Shown here: positions 31,487 through 42,315 of the stretch, piece after piece
Layout: each line of letters starts with the position of its first letter
Position numbering within the stretch: the first letter of the stretch is position 1
Assembly (NCBI GenBank): GCA_949156565.1
Contig: CASCZI010000001.1
Location: 118,856 to 182,855 of the forward strand
Source of the DNA: an uncultured Alphaproteobacteria bacterium
Lineage (GTDB): Bacteria > Pseudomonadota > Alphaproteobacteria > Rs-D84
Length of the DNA: 64,000 bases
Reading direction: 5' to 3'
Notes under the pieces: model-generated
What the model was told of the DNA's origin: nothing
Database searches by the model: none
What the model saw: only the letters and a program-made list of their open reading frames with translations
Position numbers and translations under genes: made by a program

Positions 31487-33741
31487 TATTTCTTTTTGAT
31501 AAATTTACGGGGGCTGGGCTGTTTATTATTAATTAACGCCGCGGCCGTGTCCAAATCGGGTTGTGCTGAAACCGAAACATTAATCCGGTTTGAAGAGATA
31601 TAGGCCCCATAGCGTCCCGTTGGGTAATAATAGATCATTTTTCCTGTTGCCGGATTTTCACCGATTTCTATGGGATCGGCTTTTTTCCCACCGCCCGAGA
31701 GTAATTCCCGTGCCACATCCAGTGTAATCGTGTCGGCGGTATATTTCTTGGCCGATGCATTTTTCGTGCCATCCGTCACATACGGGCCAAACCGGCCGAT
31801 TTTAAAGGTAATTCCATCCCCCAAATCGATGGATGTGTTTGCCGGGTTTTGCCGGTTGTTTTCGTCGTTTTCCAGGGGTGCATCGCCGCCCAAACGGGCG
31901 GTGTAATTACACGTCGGATAATCGGTACATCCGACAAAGGCCCCGTATTTTGATAATTTAATCCCCAATTTTTTTCCGCATTTGGGACATGTATCCATTC
32001 CCAATGTGGTCAAATGTGGGGCCATAACATCATTGATTTGATCGATAATATCGGTGGTTTTGACATCACGTGCGCCATCAATCATTTGTTTTGTTGGCCC
32101 CCAGAATGCGGTTAATGCCGGTATTTTTTGGGTTTTCCCATTTGACACGTCATCCAATGTATCTTCGGTTTTCGCGGTAAAGTTCACATCTACCAAATCG
32201 GTAAAATATTTTTCCAAATAGGACGCAATCACCCATCCGCCCGGTGTTGGGTGGAATCGACGTTGTTTATCTTGTTCAACATAGGCCCGATCCACAATCG
32301 TCGACATAATTGTTGCATATGTCGATGGACGGCCAATACCCAATTCTTCAAGCTTTTTAACCAGTGACGCTTCGGTATAACGGGCGGGTGGTTGGGTAAA
32401 GTGTTGATCGGGGGTTAATTCGGTTATATCGATGGCGTCACCCACCGCCAATGGGGGCAATTTTGTGGTTGCATCATCATCCGCGTCGTCGCGATCTTCG
32501 ATATAAACCGTCATAAATCCATCAAATGTACGGGTTGTCCCCACACTGTGAAAGATGGCATTGATGTTTTGGGGTTTAATGTCGACCGATACACTGTCGA
32601 ATTCGGCATTGGTCATTTGACACGCAATCGTGCGTTTCCATATCAGATCGTACAACTTTGCCTCGTCCCCAGTTAGATTGGTGGCCGGTGCATCAAAATG
32701 GGTGGGTCGAATGGCTTCGTGCGCTTCTTGGGCGTTTTTGGATTTGGTCACGTAAATGTTTGGATTTTTGGGTAAATAACGATCCCCATGTGTGCGCGCG
32801 ATAAAGGCACGAATTTCCCCCACCGCATCCGCCGACAGGTTCGTCGCATCCGTTCGCATATAGGTGATTAATCCCTGTTCATATAATTTTTGCGCCGCGC
32901 CCATCGTCCGTTTAGATGAAAAATAGAGTTTACGTGCCGCTTCTTGTTGTAACGTCGATGTTGTGAATGGGGCGGCCGGTTTTCGTGATACTTTCTTTTT
33001 TTCCATATTGTCAACAAATGCGGCAACTGGTACCTGGATTACAGATAAGATGTCATCCATTTGTTGTTTATTTTCGATGGTCATTTTTTCAATTTTTTGA
33101 CCATTAAATTGGGATAAATTGGCGTTAAATGTGGCGTTTTGTTTTGCACATATCGCCCCCAGTGACCAATATTCCTTGGGTTTAAATGCCTCTATCTCGC
33201 GTTCACGATCAACAACCAACTTGACCGCCACGGATTGAACCCGACCGGCCGATTTTCCCAAATTGCGCCGCCAGAGCAACGGCGAAATTCCAAACCCAAT
33301 TAGATAATCTAACGCGCGCCGCACCAGGTATGCGTCCACCAAATTTTGATCGATTTCACGTGGGTTTTCAATGGCGGCCAAAACCGCCTTTTTGGTGATT
33401 TCGTGGAATGCGACGCGATAAACTTTCTTATCCTTTAATAATTTTTTGGCCGATAAAATATCCATTAAATGCCACGCGATGGCTTCACCTTCGCGGTCAG
33501 GGTCGGATGCCAGATAGACGGCATCGGCCTTTTTTAATTCATCTGTTATTAATTTGATTTGTTTTTCTTTGCCCGGCATAATGGCCCATCGCATGGCAAA
33601 GTCATTGTCGGTATCCACACTGCCATTTTCGGGAACCAAATCGCGCACGTGTCCCACCGACGCCACCACGCGCCACCCCGCCCCGAGGTATTTTTCAATA
33701 GTCTTTGCCTTGGACGGTGATTCAACGATTAACAAATTCAT
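31486..33741 (-). CDS. topA: DNA topoisomerase I
   Basis: N-terminal TOPRIM domain (MNLLIVESPSKAKTI). Active-site Tyr region. C-terminal C4 zinc ribbons. Overlaps dnaG by 1 nt. Confidence 0.9.
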   Translation of the reverse strand: MNLLIVESPSKAKTIEKYLGAGWRVVASVGHVRDLVPENGSVDTDNDFAMRWAIMPGKEKQIKLITDELKKADAVYLASDPDREGEAIAWHLMDILSAKKLLKDKKVYRVAFHEITKKAVLAAIENPREIDQNLVDAYLVRRALDYLIGFGISPLLWRRNLGKSAGRVQSVAVKLVVDREREIEAFKPKEYWSLGAICAKQNATFNANLSQFNGQKIEKMTIENKQQMDDILSVIQVPVAAFVDNMEKKKVSRKPAAPFTTSTLQQEAARKLYFSSKRTMGAAQKLYEQGLITYMRTDATNLSADAVGEIRAFIARTHGDRYLPKNPNIYVTKSKNAQEAHEAIRPTHFDAPATNLTGDEAKLYDLIWKRTIACQMTNAEFDSVSVDIKPQNINAIFHSVGTTRTFDGFMTVYIEDRDDADDDATTKLPPLAVGDAIDITELTPDQHFTQPPARYTEASLVKKLEELGIGRPSTYATIMSTIVDRAYVEQDKQRRFHPTPGGWVIASYLEKYFTDLVDVNFTAKTEDTLDDVSNGKTQKIPALTAFWGPTKQMIDGARDVKTTDIIDQINDVMAPHLTTLGMDTCPKCGKKLGIKLSKYGAFVGCTDYPTCNYTARLGGDAPLENDENNRQNPANTSIDLGDGITFKIGRFGPYVTDGTKNASAKKYTADTITLDVARELLSGGGKKADPIEIGENPATGKMIYYYPTGRYGAYISSNRINVSVSAQPDLDTAAALINNKQPSPRKFIKKK

Positions 33742-33744
33742 GTT

Positions 33745-34890
33745 TTAACTTCCTTTGGCCGATAATTGTTGGTCTTTGTGGATATGGGCGTTTTGGCACA
33801 GGCCAAACCCAAACATCAGAGAGAGCAAGCTGCTGCCGCCAAAAGACATCAATGGCAATGGCACCCCGACGGTTGGCATTAATCCCAAAACCATAGAAAT
33901 ATTTATAAAATAATAAATAAAAAAGTTCAACATAAAACCAAAACAGATTAATTGCCCAAATCGATTGCGACATGTTTTGGCACACCAAAACAAAACCATG
34001 ATTATAATCATGTAAAGTGTCAAAAGCCCAAATGCCCCCACGAACCCAAATTCTTCGCCCAACATGGTAAAGATAAAATCTGTTTGTTTTTCGGGTAAAA
34101 ATGATTGTTGGGATTGGGATCCGTTCATATACCCTTTGCCGATAAGTCCCCCCGACCCAAACGCAATTTTTGCCTGATTAATTTGATACCCGGCACCACG
34201 GGCATCGTCATCGGGGTTTAAAAATGTAATAATCCGTTGGCGTTGATAATCATGCAGACCCCCAAACCAAACCACCGGCGCACACAGTGCCGCCAATATG
34301 GCCCCGATCAGAAACCATTTCTTGTTTGCCCCCACGATATAAAAAATCCCCACCGTAATCATCCCAAGCGACAATGCCGTGCCCAAATCAGGTTGTAAGA
34401 CAATTAAAGCAAATGGCACCAATAACATGGCCGCCGGCACCAAATACGTTCGAAATTGACCCAATTCCACCGAATTCATCCATGCAAAATACCGTGCCAA
34501 TGCCAGAACCAGCGCAATTTTAATAAATTCAGACGGTTGAACATGAATAATCCCCAGATTTAACCACCGTTGCGCCCCCATGCCGGTATGTCCCACAAAT
34601 GTCACCATAATAATCATGATCAACGCAATGGCATAAATCAGGTATGCCGATTTAATCCATGTCTTAATATTAGAAAACGCGGCCAGAAAAAATACCCCGA
34701 ACCCCATTAATATTTTAACCGCCTGGGACAAGGCATAGGGACGCCAATTTCCATAACCTGCGGAATAAAGAACGATAATTGATATCGCCAAGACCAAACA
34801 CATCGGTATAAACAGCCCCCAGGAAAAACGACTAAACTTTTCCGGCAATGACATCATAGATGCATTTGAAACCCGTGTTTGACGTGACAT
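33745..34890 (-). CDS. mrdB: Rod-shape determining SEDS protein RodA
   Basis: FtsW/RodA/SpoVE family polytopic membrane protein immediately downstream of PBP2. Confidence 0.85.
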   Translation of the reverse strand: MSRQTRVSNASMMSLPEKFSRFSWGLFIPMCLVLAISIIVLYSAGYGNWRPYALSQAVKILMGFGVFFLAAFSNIKTWIKSAYLIYAIALIMIIMVTFVGHTGMGAQRWLNLGIIHVQPSEFIKIALVLALARYFAWMNSVELGQFRTYLVPAAMLLVPFALIVLQPDLGTALSLGMITVGIFYIVGANKKWFLIGAILAALCAPVVWFGGLHDYQRQRIITFLNPDDDARGAGYQINQAKIAFGSGGLIGKGYMNGSQSQQSFLPEKQTDFIFTMLGEEFGFVGAFGLLTLYMIIIMVLFWCAKTCRNRFGQLICFGFMLNFFIYYFINISMVLGLMPTVGVPLPLMSFGGSSLLSLMFGFGLCQNAHIHKDQQLSAKGS

Positions 34891-34891
34891 T

Positions 34892-36670
34892 TTATTTTTT
34901 ATCCCCCAATAATTCTTTCATCACGGCCCCGGCCGCGCGGGATGCGCCGGTGGCCCCCCCCGAATGTTCGGTTATGATACACACGGCGTAACGGGGGTGA
35001 TCGGTGGGGGCATAACCAACAAACAGCCCATGATCCCGCATATTCCATTTTAATTGTTCGGTTGTTAATTTCCCACTTTCGCGTTCGGCGCGTGAAATAC
35101 TGCGAACCTGGGCGGTACCGGTTTTCCCCCCCATCCGGGCCCCGTTAACATTTATGGCCGCGCCGGCCGCGGTTCCCCCCGATTTCGTTACCAATTCCAG
35201 ACCCCGCATAACGGCGCGAATATTTTTGGTCTGTAACCCCAATGGTTTAAATTGTGGGGTTTGCCCATCGTCAATCAATCGGGGAATGACATCGCGGTTT
35301 GATACCGCGCGGGCCGTCATAACCGCCAATTGTAAACAATTGGTCAGAATAAATCCCTGGCCGATGCCGGAAATAATGGCGTCCCCGTGAACCCATCGGG
35401 CCCCGATCTTTTTTTCTTTCCATTTTCGGTCGGGAATAACACCCGGCATTTCCCGGGATAAAACACCATCCATATATTTTTGCCCCAACCCCAATTTAAT
35501 CCCCATTGCACGAATGGCATCAATCCCAATCCGCAGGGCGATTTGGTAAAAATAGGTATCACATGAATGCTTTAACGCGTCGGCCAAATCCACCCATCCG
35601 TGCCCGGTTGATTTCCAGCAGTGATACCGACGATCCCCATAATCCCAATGGCCCGGACAGAATATTTTTTCATTGGGGGATAATGCACCCGATTCCAATG
35701 CCGCCAACGCCACAACAATTTTAAATGTGGATCCGGGTGGATAAAGACCTTCGATCGTTTTATTCATAAATGGCTTGGTCATATCTGCCCGCAAGGATGC
35801 GATATATTCATCGGCATCATCCGAAGAAAATTGATTGGGATCAAAACTTGGGACCGAAACCATGGCCAAAATGTCGCCTGATTCAATATCGATTGCAACC
35901 CCACATCCCGATTTTTGACCCACCAATGCATCGTACATAACCCGTTGAACATTATCGCGGATGGTTGTTTTAATATCCCGTCCTGGCCCGGGGGCGATAA
36001 ATTGCGATGTATCTTCGCCGGTAACCCGCCCCACGGCATTGGTAATCATCACATTTTGACCCGGTGTTCCGGCCAATGTGTCATCAAATCGATATTCCAG
36101 ACCCGTGACACCCGATGTAAAAAAGGGAATGTTTTTATCCGGGCCCCGGGCCGGTGCGCCCACGTATCCAAAAATCTGGGCCCCGGCCGGTCCCATTTCA
36201 TAAACCCGGGCATAGCCCCCACGAATATGAACACCGGCCAGATTTTTCGCCTGAAGCGGGGCCAATTCATGCCATTTTAAATTTTCACTAACCAAGACGG
36301 GTTGAAATTTCGGCTGTTTTTTCACGGTGGCCCGAATCCGCTTGATGGTTTTATCCCCCAGATGTAATTGCGCCGCAAGTGTATCGATCAGGTGGGATAC
36401 ATCATCGGCTTCTTCGGGGACAATATAAATTCGATAAACAGATGCGTCGCCCGATATGGGAATCCCGTGAGCTGTTAAAATCTTGCCCCGTTCGGCCATG
36501 GTATATTGAATGCGAAATGAATTATTCTCGCTTTTGCGCTTGTAATTGCGATAACTAAATACCTGCATCTGAAACATACGCAGAACCAAGAAAGATGTCA
36601 AAACCGCCCCACCGGTTAAAAACAAGGCAGAACGTCGATCAAAAACACGGGCAACTTCTTTGTCAATCAT
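34892..36670 (-). CDS. mrdA: Penicillin-binding protein 2 (transpeptidase)
   Basis: STFK, SGN-like and KTGTA motifs. N-terminal TM anchor. Confidence 0.85.
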   Translation of the reverse strand: MIDKEVARVFDRRSALFLTGGAVLTSFLVLRMFQMQVFSYRNYKRKSENNSFRIQYTMAERGKILTAHGIPISGDASVYRIYIVPEEADDVSHLIDTLAAQLHLGDKTIKRIRATVKKQPKFQPVLVSENLKWHELAPLQAKNLAGVHIRGGYARVYEMGPAGAQIFGYVGAPARGPDKNIPFFTSGVTGLEYRFDDTLAGTPGQNVMITNAVGRVTGEDTSQFIAPGPGRDIKTTIRDNVQRVMYDALVGQKSGCGVAIDIESGDILAMVSVPSFDPNQFSSDDADEYIASLRADMTKPFMNKTIEGLYPPGSTFKIVVALAALESGALSPNEKIFCPGHWDYGDRRYHCWKSTGHGWVDLADALKHSCDTYFYQIALRIGIDAIRAMGIKLGLGQKYMDGVLSREMPGVIPDRKWKEKKIGARWVHGDAIISGIGQGFILTNCLQLAVMTARAVSNRDVIPRLIDDGQTPQFKPLGLQTKNIRAVMRGLELVTKSGGTAAGAAINVNGARMGGKTGTAQVRSISRAERESGKLTTEQLKWNMRDHGLFVGYAPTDHPRYAVCIITEHSGGATGASRAAGAVMKELLGDKK

Positions 36671-37116
36671 TTATGCCCCCGCAAAATTGCAATAATAGGT
36701 GTATAGAGCACACATGTCCATGCCCCCATCCATGCCATCCGCATGGCATTTGCCAGGGTGAATTGCGAAAAGAATAATATCCCAATCGCGATCGAAATAA
36801 ATATGGCAAAGGCGCGCACCCCACCCCGGTCCCACCGCGTTAAGTCGATAAAATTTTGAAAGCCATTGGCCGCATAAAATGTACAATACAGGGCCGTCCA
36901 ATACAATACCGTATCCGATTTATAATCAATTAAAAAACAGATAAACCCCGCATACGGTGCAAACCATGGCGTTGGGCGAATAAATGAATAATAAAATATG
37001 GGTATAATGGCCAATATCCCACCGGGATTCCACAATGGGGCCGATAACCGCCACAGCCCCAGTGTCACCAAAAACGGTAATGCGGTAATCCAAAAATGAC
37101 GTATGCGTGTTTTCAT
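36667..37116 (-). CDS. mreD: Rod shape-determining protein MreD
   Basis: 149-aa polytopic membrane protein between mreC and mrdA. Confidence 0.6.
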   Translation of the reverse strand: MKTRIRHFWITALPFLVTLGLWRLSAPLWNPGGILAIIPIFYYSFIRPTPWFAPYAGFICFLIDYKSDTVLYWTALYCTFYAANGFQNFIDLTRWDRGGVRAFAIFISIAIGILFFSQFTLANAMRMAWMGAWTCVLYTPIIAILRGHK

Positions 37117-37937
37117 TTATTTATGTTGTTTGGCGCGTCAAACCCCACCACCATTACCGATGCATGGCGCGTGGCGCGTGGTGTGCGAACATCTGTTTCA
37201 TTGATTGTTTCGCCCACACTGATGCCGTCGGGCAAAATGTCGCCAATACTGCTGGTGACCAGATGCAATCCATCCCGTGATTGAAATTCCGGATCGCTTA
37301 GCAATTCAAGCTGTGGCCGGCCTGTACCCCGGCCAACCAAGAAACCATAAACCTCGGATCCGGCAATGCGGACGGGAATGCGACTGTTACTGTCGGTGAT
37401 GGCGCGTACCTTGGCAAAGTTGTGGCCGGTGTCGGAAATAATTCCCACCAAAAATCCATCAAAAGACATTACCGCCATCCCATTCGAGAGGCCCACGCTT
37501 GTTCCCCGATCGATGAAAAAAGTATCATGGTGAAACGCCCGATTGTCCGATGTGATGCGGGCAATTACGCGCTGAATCGGGGTGGCGCGGACAATCCCCA
37601 ATTCCCGGCTAAGCCGTTCGTTTTCCGCCGTCGCAATGCGGCATTCGTTTTGGGCGGCCAACGCTGCGTCTAACCGGACCCGTAATTCTTCGTTTTCGGC
37701 GCGGATTGTCGATAAATTGCGAATGTTTTGGGCCAAATTACCCACCGCCCGAACCGGCCATGTGATCACATCCCCCACGGCCGATGCCACCGGAACCACC
37801 ACATGGCCCAATGCGTTCATCAATCTGTAATCAGGTTTGGCCACCATCACATAGATAAACAGCACCGGCAACGCTCCGGCCGCCAATGCCGATTTAACCA
37901 ATGTCCCGATTTTCGAAGATAGTTTATTTTGACTCAT
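37113..37937 (-). CDS. mreC: Rod shape-determining protein MreC
   Basis: N-terminal TM segment, coiled coil, and C-terminal MreC beta-domain motifs. Confidence 0.75.
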   Translation of the reverse strand: MSQNKLSSKIGTLVKSALAAGALPVLFIYVMVAKPDYRLMNALGHVVVPVASAVGDVITWPVRAVGNLAQNIRNLSTIRAENEELRVRLDAALAAQNECRIATAENERLSRELGIVRATPIQRVIARITSDNRAFHHDTFFIDRGTSVGLSNGMAVMSFDGFLVGIISDTGHNFAKVRAITDSNSRIPVRIAGSEVYGFLVGRGTGRPQLELLSDPEFQSRDGLHLVTSSIGDILPDGISVGETINETDVRTPRATRHASVMVVGFDAPNNINK

Positions 37938-38050
37938 TCTTTTTATATTCTTTACGGGTGCAGTTTAACCATTAAAAGGGGGACGCGCAATAAAAACTTG
38001 ATTTTTTAAATTAATCTGTCAAAATACCCCCGTTTGTTAAGATACCCAAA

Positions 38051-38069
38051 ATGGCAATGGCATTGCCAT
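38051..38069 (+). promoter_or_regulatory. Palindrome ATGGCAATGGCATTGCCAT in the rpmI leader
   Basis: A 9/9 inverted repeat sits about 25 nt upstream of the rpmI RBS (AAGAGGTG). Confidence 0.3.
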
Positions 38070-38094
38070 CCGGGTCCAGAACAAGAGGTGTAAA

Positions 38095-38298
38095 ATGCCA
38101 AAACTGAAAACAAAATCGTACCTGAAAAAGCGTGCGTCCATGACGGCAACGGGGAAAATCCGCGTTGCGCGTAATGCCCACAAAAAACTGTTGCGGAAAA
38201 AGTCAAAGCGTGCAAACAACGCCGGATCAAAGCCGCAGTATTTGAACGAAAACATGGTGTCCCAGGCAAAAATCCTGGCCCCGTATGGGTTGAAATAA
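38095..38298 (+). CDS. rpmI: 50S ribosomal protein L35
   Basis: MPKLKTKS...RKKSKR, typical of L35. Confidence 0.85.
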   Translation: MPKLKTKSYLKKRASMTATGKIRVARNAHKKLLRKKSKRANNAGSKPQYLNENMVSQAKILAPYGLK

Positions 38299-38315
38299 TT
38301 TTGGGGGTATAAAAA

Positions 38316-38684
38316 ATGGCAAGAGTAAAACGCGGAACAACCGTTAAACAAAAACATAACAAAATTCTGGCGCGGGCCAAAGGATTTTTGGGCCGTCATC
38401 ATTCAACGTATCGTGCGGCACGTGAAAAATCCGAAAAGGCGGGTCAATACGCCTATCGCGATCGGCGCACGAAAAAGCGTGATTTCCGGTCCCTGTGGAT
38501 TGTGCGTATCAACGCCGCGGTGCGCGCCAACGGATTAACCTATAGCCAGTTTATGAACGGATTGAAAAAGGCCGGGGTTGAATTGGATCGCAAAGTGTTG
38601 GCCGAAATGGCCTATGCGGGGGATGAAAATTTCGCTGCATTGATTGACACGGCAAAACGATTTATGACCGCCGAATCTAAATAA
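38316..38684 (+). CDS. rplT: 50S ribosomal protein L20
   Basis: MARVKRG...AYRDRR, typical of L20. Confidence 0.9.
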   Translation: MARVKRGTTVKQKHNKILARAKGFLGRHHSTYRAAREKSEKAGQYAYRDRRTKKRDFRSLWIVRINAAVRANGLTYSQFMNGLKKAGVELDRKVLAEMAYAGDENFAALIDTAKRFMTAESK

Positions 38685-38766
38685 GCCATTGGCGGCATGG
38701 TTTTGTTTTGTTATAATAAAGACCGTCGATTGACGGTCTTTTCTTTTTAATTTTGGGATAACAACG

Positions 38767-39714
38767 ATGGAACAAAAAATAAGAGCGATTAATAACCTGG
38801 ACGATTTGACGGCATTGTATACAGAAACGTTTGGGAAAAACGGGACAATGACCGCCCGTCTGAAACAGATGAAGGATTTGGATCCGGATGCGCGTGCGGC
38901 ATTAAATACAGAAAACGCCGCGTGGCGCGAATTGTTCAAAACACGCCAGACGGAATTAGAAACAGCGGCATTAATGGAAAAATTGGCCGCCGAACGGGTG
39001 GACGTCACATTGGATGCGGAACCCGAACAACGCGGGGCATTGCATCCGTTGACCCAATCTTTGCATGATATTACCACCATTTTGGAATCATTTGGATACA
39101 CCCGGAAAACGGGTCCGGAAATCGAAGATGATTGGCATAATTTCACCGCGTTGAACACTCCGGCGCATCACCCGGCCCGTGATATGCAGGACACGTTTTT
39201 TATGACCAATGGCAATGTGATGCGGACCCAAACATCGGCCATTCAAATTCGGTCGATGGAATCGGGGGGTGTGCCGATTAAAATTTTTGGTATTGGGGCC
39301 ACATATCGCAAAGAAATGGACGCCACCCACAGTCCGATGTTCCACCAGATTGAAGGGTTATATATCGATAAAAACGTCACAATGCGGGATTTGATTGCCG
39401 ATATTCGGGCATTTTTGGCGCGGTTTTTTGAAATGGATGATGTTGAATTACGCATTCGGCCGTCTTATTTCCCGTTTACCGAACCCAGTATTGAAATTGA
39501 TATGAAATGGCATGGGGACAAATGGCTTGAAGTGATGGGGGCCGGCATGGTTCATCCCAATGTTTTACGCAATTGTGGTATCGACCCCGATGTGTACCAA
39601 GGATTTGCCTTTGGATTTGGTCATGATCGATTGGCGATGTTAAAGTATGGTTTAGACGACATCCGCAAATTTTATGATGGCGATGTGCGCTGGATCCGTA
39701 ACAATGGTTTTTAA
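38767..39714 (+). CDS. pheS: Phenylalanine--tRNA ligase alpha subunit
   Basis: Class II aaRS motifs. FPFTEPS motif. 315 aa. Confidence 0.9.
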   Translation: MEQKIRAINNLDDLTALYTETFGKNGTMTARLKQMKDLDPDARAALNTENAAWRELFKTRQTELETAALMEKLAAERVDVTLDAEPEQRGALHPLTQSLHDITTILESFGYTRKTGPEIEDDWHNFTALNTPAHHPARDMQDTFFMTNGNVMRTQTSAIQIRSMESGGVPIKIFGIGATYRKEMDATHSPMFHQIEGLYIDKNVTMRDLIADIRAFLARFFEMDDVELRIRPSYFPFTEPSIEIDMKWHGDKWLEVMGAGMVHPNVLRNCGIDPDVYQGFAFGFGHDRLAMLKYGLDDIRKFYDGDVRWIRNNGF

Positions 39715-39727
39715 TGGGGGTTGAAAA

Positions 39728-42040
39728 ATGAAATGGACATATGATTGGTTGCAAGATTATCTGGACACGACGGCAACGCCAACAGAAATTGCCGATACAT
39801 TGACGCGCATCGGATTAGAGGTGGAAGATTTATCAAACCCCATGCCCATTATTGCGGCAAAAATTGTAGAATGCCACCCCCATCCCGACAGTGATCATTT
39901 ACATGTATTAGCGGTGGATGACGGTTCAAATACCCCCCGCCAGGTGGTATGTGGCGCGCCAAACGCGCGGGTCGGATTGGTATCGGCCCTGGCCCGGCCG
40001 GGGTGTGTTGTGGCGGGATCTGAAATTAAACCGGGTAAATTGCGGGGTGTTATGTCCAATGGCATGATGTGCAGCGCCCGCGAAATTGGTATTGGAACCG
40101 ATCATGATGGTATTTTGCAATTACCGGAAACGACCGTCCTGGGGACGCCAGTGGGGGATACAACGGTTGTTTTTGATGCCGGGATTACACCCAATCGGCC
40201 GGATTATTTATCGGTTTCTGGGATTGCGCGTGATTTGGCCGCGGCTGGTATTGGGACATATAAATCCAATTCGATCCCCAATATGTTTCAAGTGAAATCC
40301 CAACGCGCCGTTCATATTGACACGGATAAATGTCCGACGTATCGGTTTTGTGAAATTCATGGGATTAACAATGGGCCGTCAAATCCGCGAATTGCGCGGC
40401 GATTGGGGGCGATTGGAATTAATCCTAAAAATGCGGCGGTGGATATGACAAATTATATCTGTTATGATATGGGTCAACCCATGCATTGTTTTGATGCCGA
40501 TGCGGTGGTGGGTGACATCACGGTGCGTATGGCGCATGCGAACGAAGAATTTACCGATTTATTTGGCAAAGCCCATACATTAACCGAAAATGATATGGTT
40601 ATTGCCGACGCATCGGGTATTTTGGCCGTGGCGGGGGTAATTGGTGGCGCGCGCGCGATGACAACGACCCAGACCCAAAATATTATTTTAGAATGTGCGT
40701 ATTTTGATCCGGTATCGGTTCGTAAATCGGCCAAGCGTATGGGTATATCATCAGATGCATCGTACCGGTATGAACGGGGGATTGATCCAACACTTAATGG
40801 GCCGGCATTGGCCCGCGCCACCGAAATGATTCTTGATAACTGTGGTGGGGATGTTGTGGGATGTGGATTTGCAGGACGTGCCGTCACAGGCAATATAAAA
40901 ATTACATATCACCCCACGCTGATGCGGACAATGGCCGGGATTGATATCGATCCATCGACCCAGAAAAAAATTCTGGGGGCATTGGATTTTGTTGTGACCG
41001 AATCGGGGGATACATGGACCATCTATCCCCCATCGGCGCGTGTTGATGTGCAAATTCCCCAACATATTGTTTCCGAATTGTTACGCATCCATGGATATGA
41101 TCAGATGGTGATGGCGGATGGTCAATCACGGCGGGAAAATATGCATGACAATGCCTGTAATGATCCGGAATACACACTTAAACGTCAATTGGCGCAACGT
41201 GGTTTACTTGAAACGGTGTCGTTTGGATTTGGTCATCGGGCGGTCGAAGAATTATTGTCGTCCAAGGCGTCTGTCCCCATTGCCAATCCCATTACGTCCG
41301 AATTAGATACCGCCCGTCATTCGTTATTGGGCAATGTCTTGGGGGCGGTTGCCGGGAATGAAAAACGGGGATATGGGGATGTAAATATCTTTGAAATGGG
41401 AACGGTCTTTGATGGTGACAATCCCGGCGAGCAGCATACACAAATTGTGATCGCGCGGATGGGTGTCACATCCCCGCGTCATTGGATGCACCGCAATCGT
41501 GATATTGATATTTTTGATGTCAAGGCGGATGTCATGGCGTTAACGCGTGGAATGAATGTGACGTTACAAACATCGGGTGCCCCAAAATGGGCCCATCCGT
41601 ATCGGTATGGGGCCCTGGTTCAGGGAAAACGCATTATTGCTGAATTTGGCGAAGTCCATCCGATGGTTCGTCGGGCATTAAAGATCAAGGGACGCGTTTA
41701 CGTGGCCATTGTGGATGACGTGGCCGTTTTGGCCCAAAAACGTCGACGTGATATAACACCCATCACGGAATTTCAACCGATTAGTCGTGATTTTTCATTT
41801 ATCATTGATGACAATGTGGCGGCGGGCGATTTGATGATGGCGGCCCGTGGTGCGGATGCACACATTACAGATGTCATTGTTTTTGATGCGTTTGATATGG
41901 GTGATGGGAAAAAATCCATTGCATTAACCATTACAATCACGCCGGACAAAAACATGTCCGATACCGATTTGTTGGACATCCAAAACGCCGTGATTGCGGC
42001 ATGCGCCAAGAAATGTAATGCCCAAATCCGGGATAAATAA
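39728..42040 (+). CDS. pheT: Phenylalanine--tRNA ligase beta subunit
   Basis: 770 aa. tRNA-binding, B3/B4, B5 and FDX-ACB domain pattern. Confidence 0.9.
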   Translation: MKWTYDWLQDYLDTTATPTEIADTLTRIGLEVEDLSNPMPIIAAKIVECHPHPDSDHLHVLAVDDGSNTPRQVVCGAPNARVGLVSALARPGCVVAGSEIKPGKLRGVMSNGMMCSAREIGIGTDHDGILQLPETTVLGTPVGDTTVVFDAGITPNRPDYLSVSGIARDLAAAGIGTYKSNSIPNMFQVKSQRAVHIDTDKCPTYRFCEIHGINNGPSNPRIARRLGAIGINPKNAAVDMTNYICYDMGQPMHCFDADAVVGDITVRMAHANEEFTDLFGKAHTLTENDMVIADASGILAVAGVIGGARAMTTTQTQNIILECAYFDPVSVRKSAKRMGISSDASYRYERGIDPTLNGPALARATEMILDNCGGDVVGCGFAGRAVTGNIKITYHPTLMRTMAGIDIDPSTQKKILGALDFVVTESGDTWTIYPPSARVDVQIPQHIVSELLRIHGYDQMVMADGQSRRENMHDNACNDPEYTLKRQLAQRGLLETVSFGFGHRAVEELLSSKASVPIANPITSELDTARHSLLGNVLGAVAGNEKRGYGDVNIFEMGTVFDGDNPGEQHTQIVIARMGVTSPRHWMHRNRDIDIFDVKADVMALTRGMNVTLQTSGAPKWAHPYRYGALVQGKRIIAEFGEVHPMVRRALKIKGRVYVAIVDDVAVLAQKRRRDITPITEFQPISRDFSFIIDDNVAAGDLMMAARGADAHITDVIVFDAFDMGDGKKSIALTITITPDKNMSDTDLLDIQNAVIAACAKKCNAQIRDK

Positions 42041-42066
42041 AAATCGGGCCCAGGCCCGATTTTTAT
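42041..42066 (+). terminator. Rho-independent terminator after pheT
   Basis: AAATCGGGCC-CA-GGCCCGATTT followed by a T-run. Confidence 0.6.
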
Positions 42067-42315
42067 CCCCCGCCCCCCTCGCGGGGCATTGCCCATGATG
42101 GTATGTGGGGTATTAAAACAACATTTCCCCGCCCGGCGATATTGTGGCGATGGTCGTGCCGGTAATGCCCCCGGTGATATTCCCCATATAAACAGTTATT
42201 TTTTATTCGCATGTGCGTTGTATAAAGGTATTGCGCCCCGTCGGGGGCGCAATCTTGGCACGGCATGGCAAAGACAAATAAACCCAAAAAAAATCCCGCC
42301 AATGGCGGGACGGGT

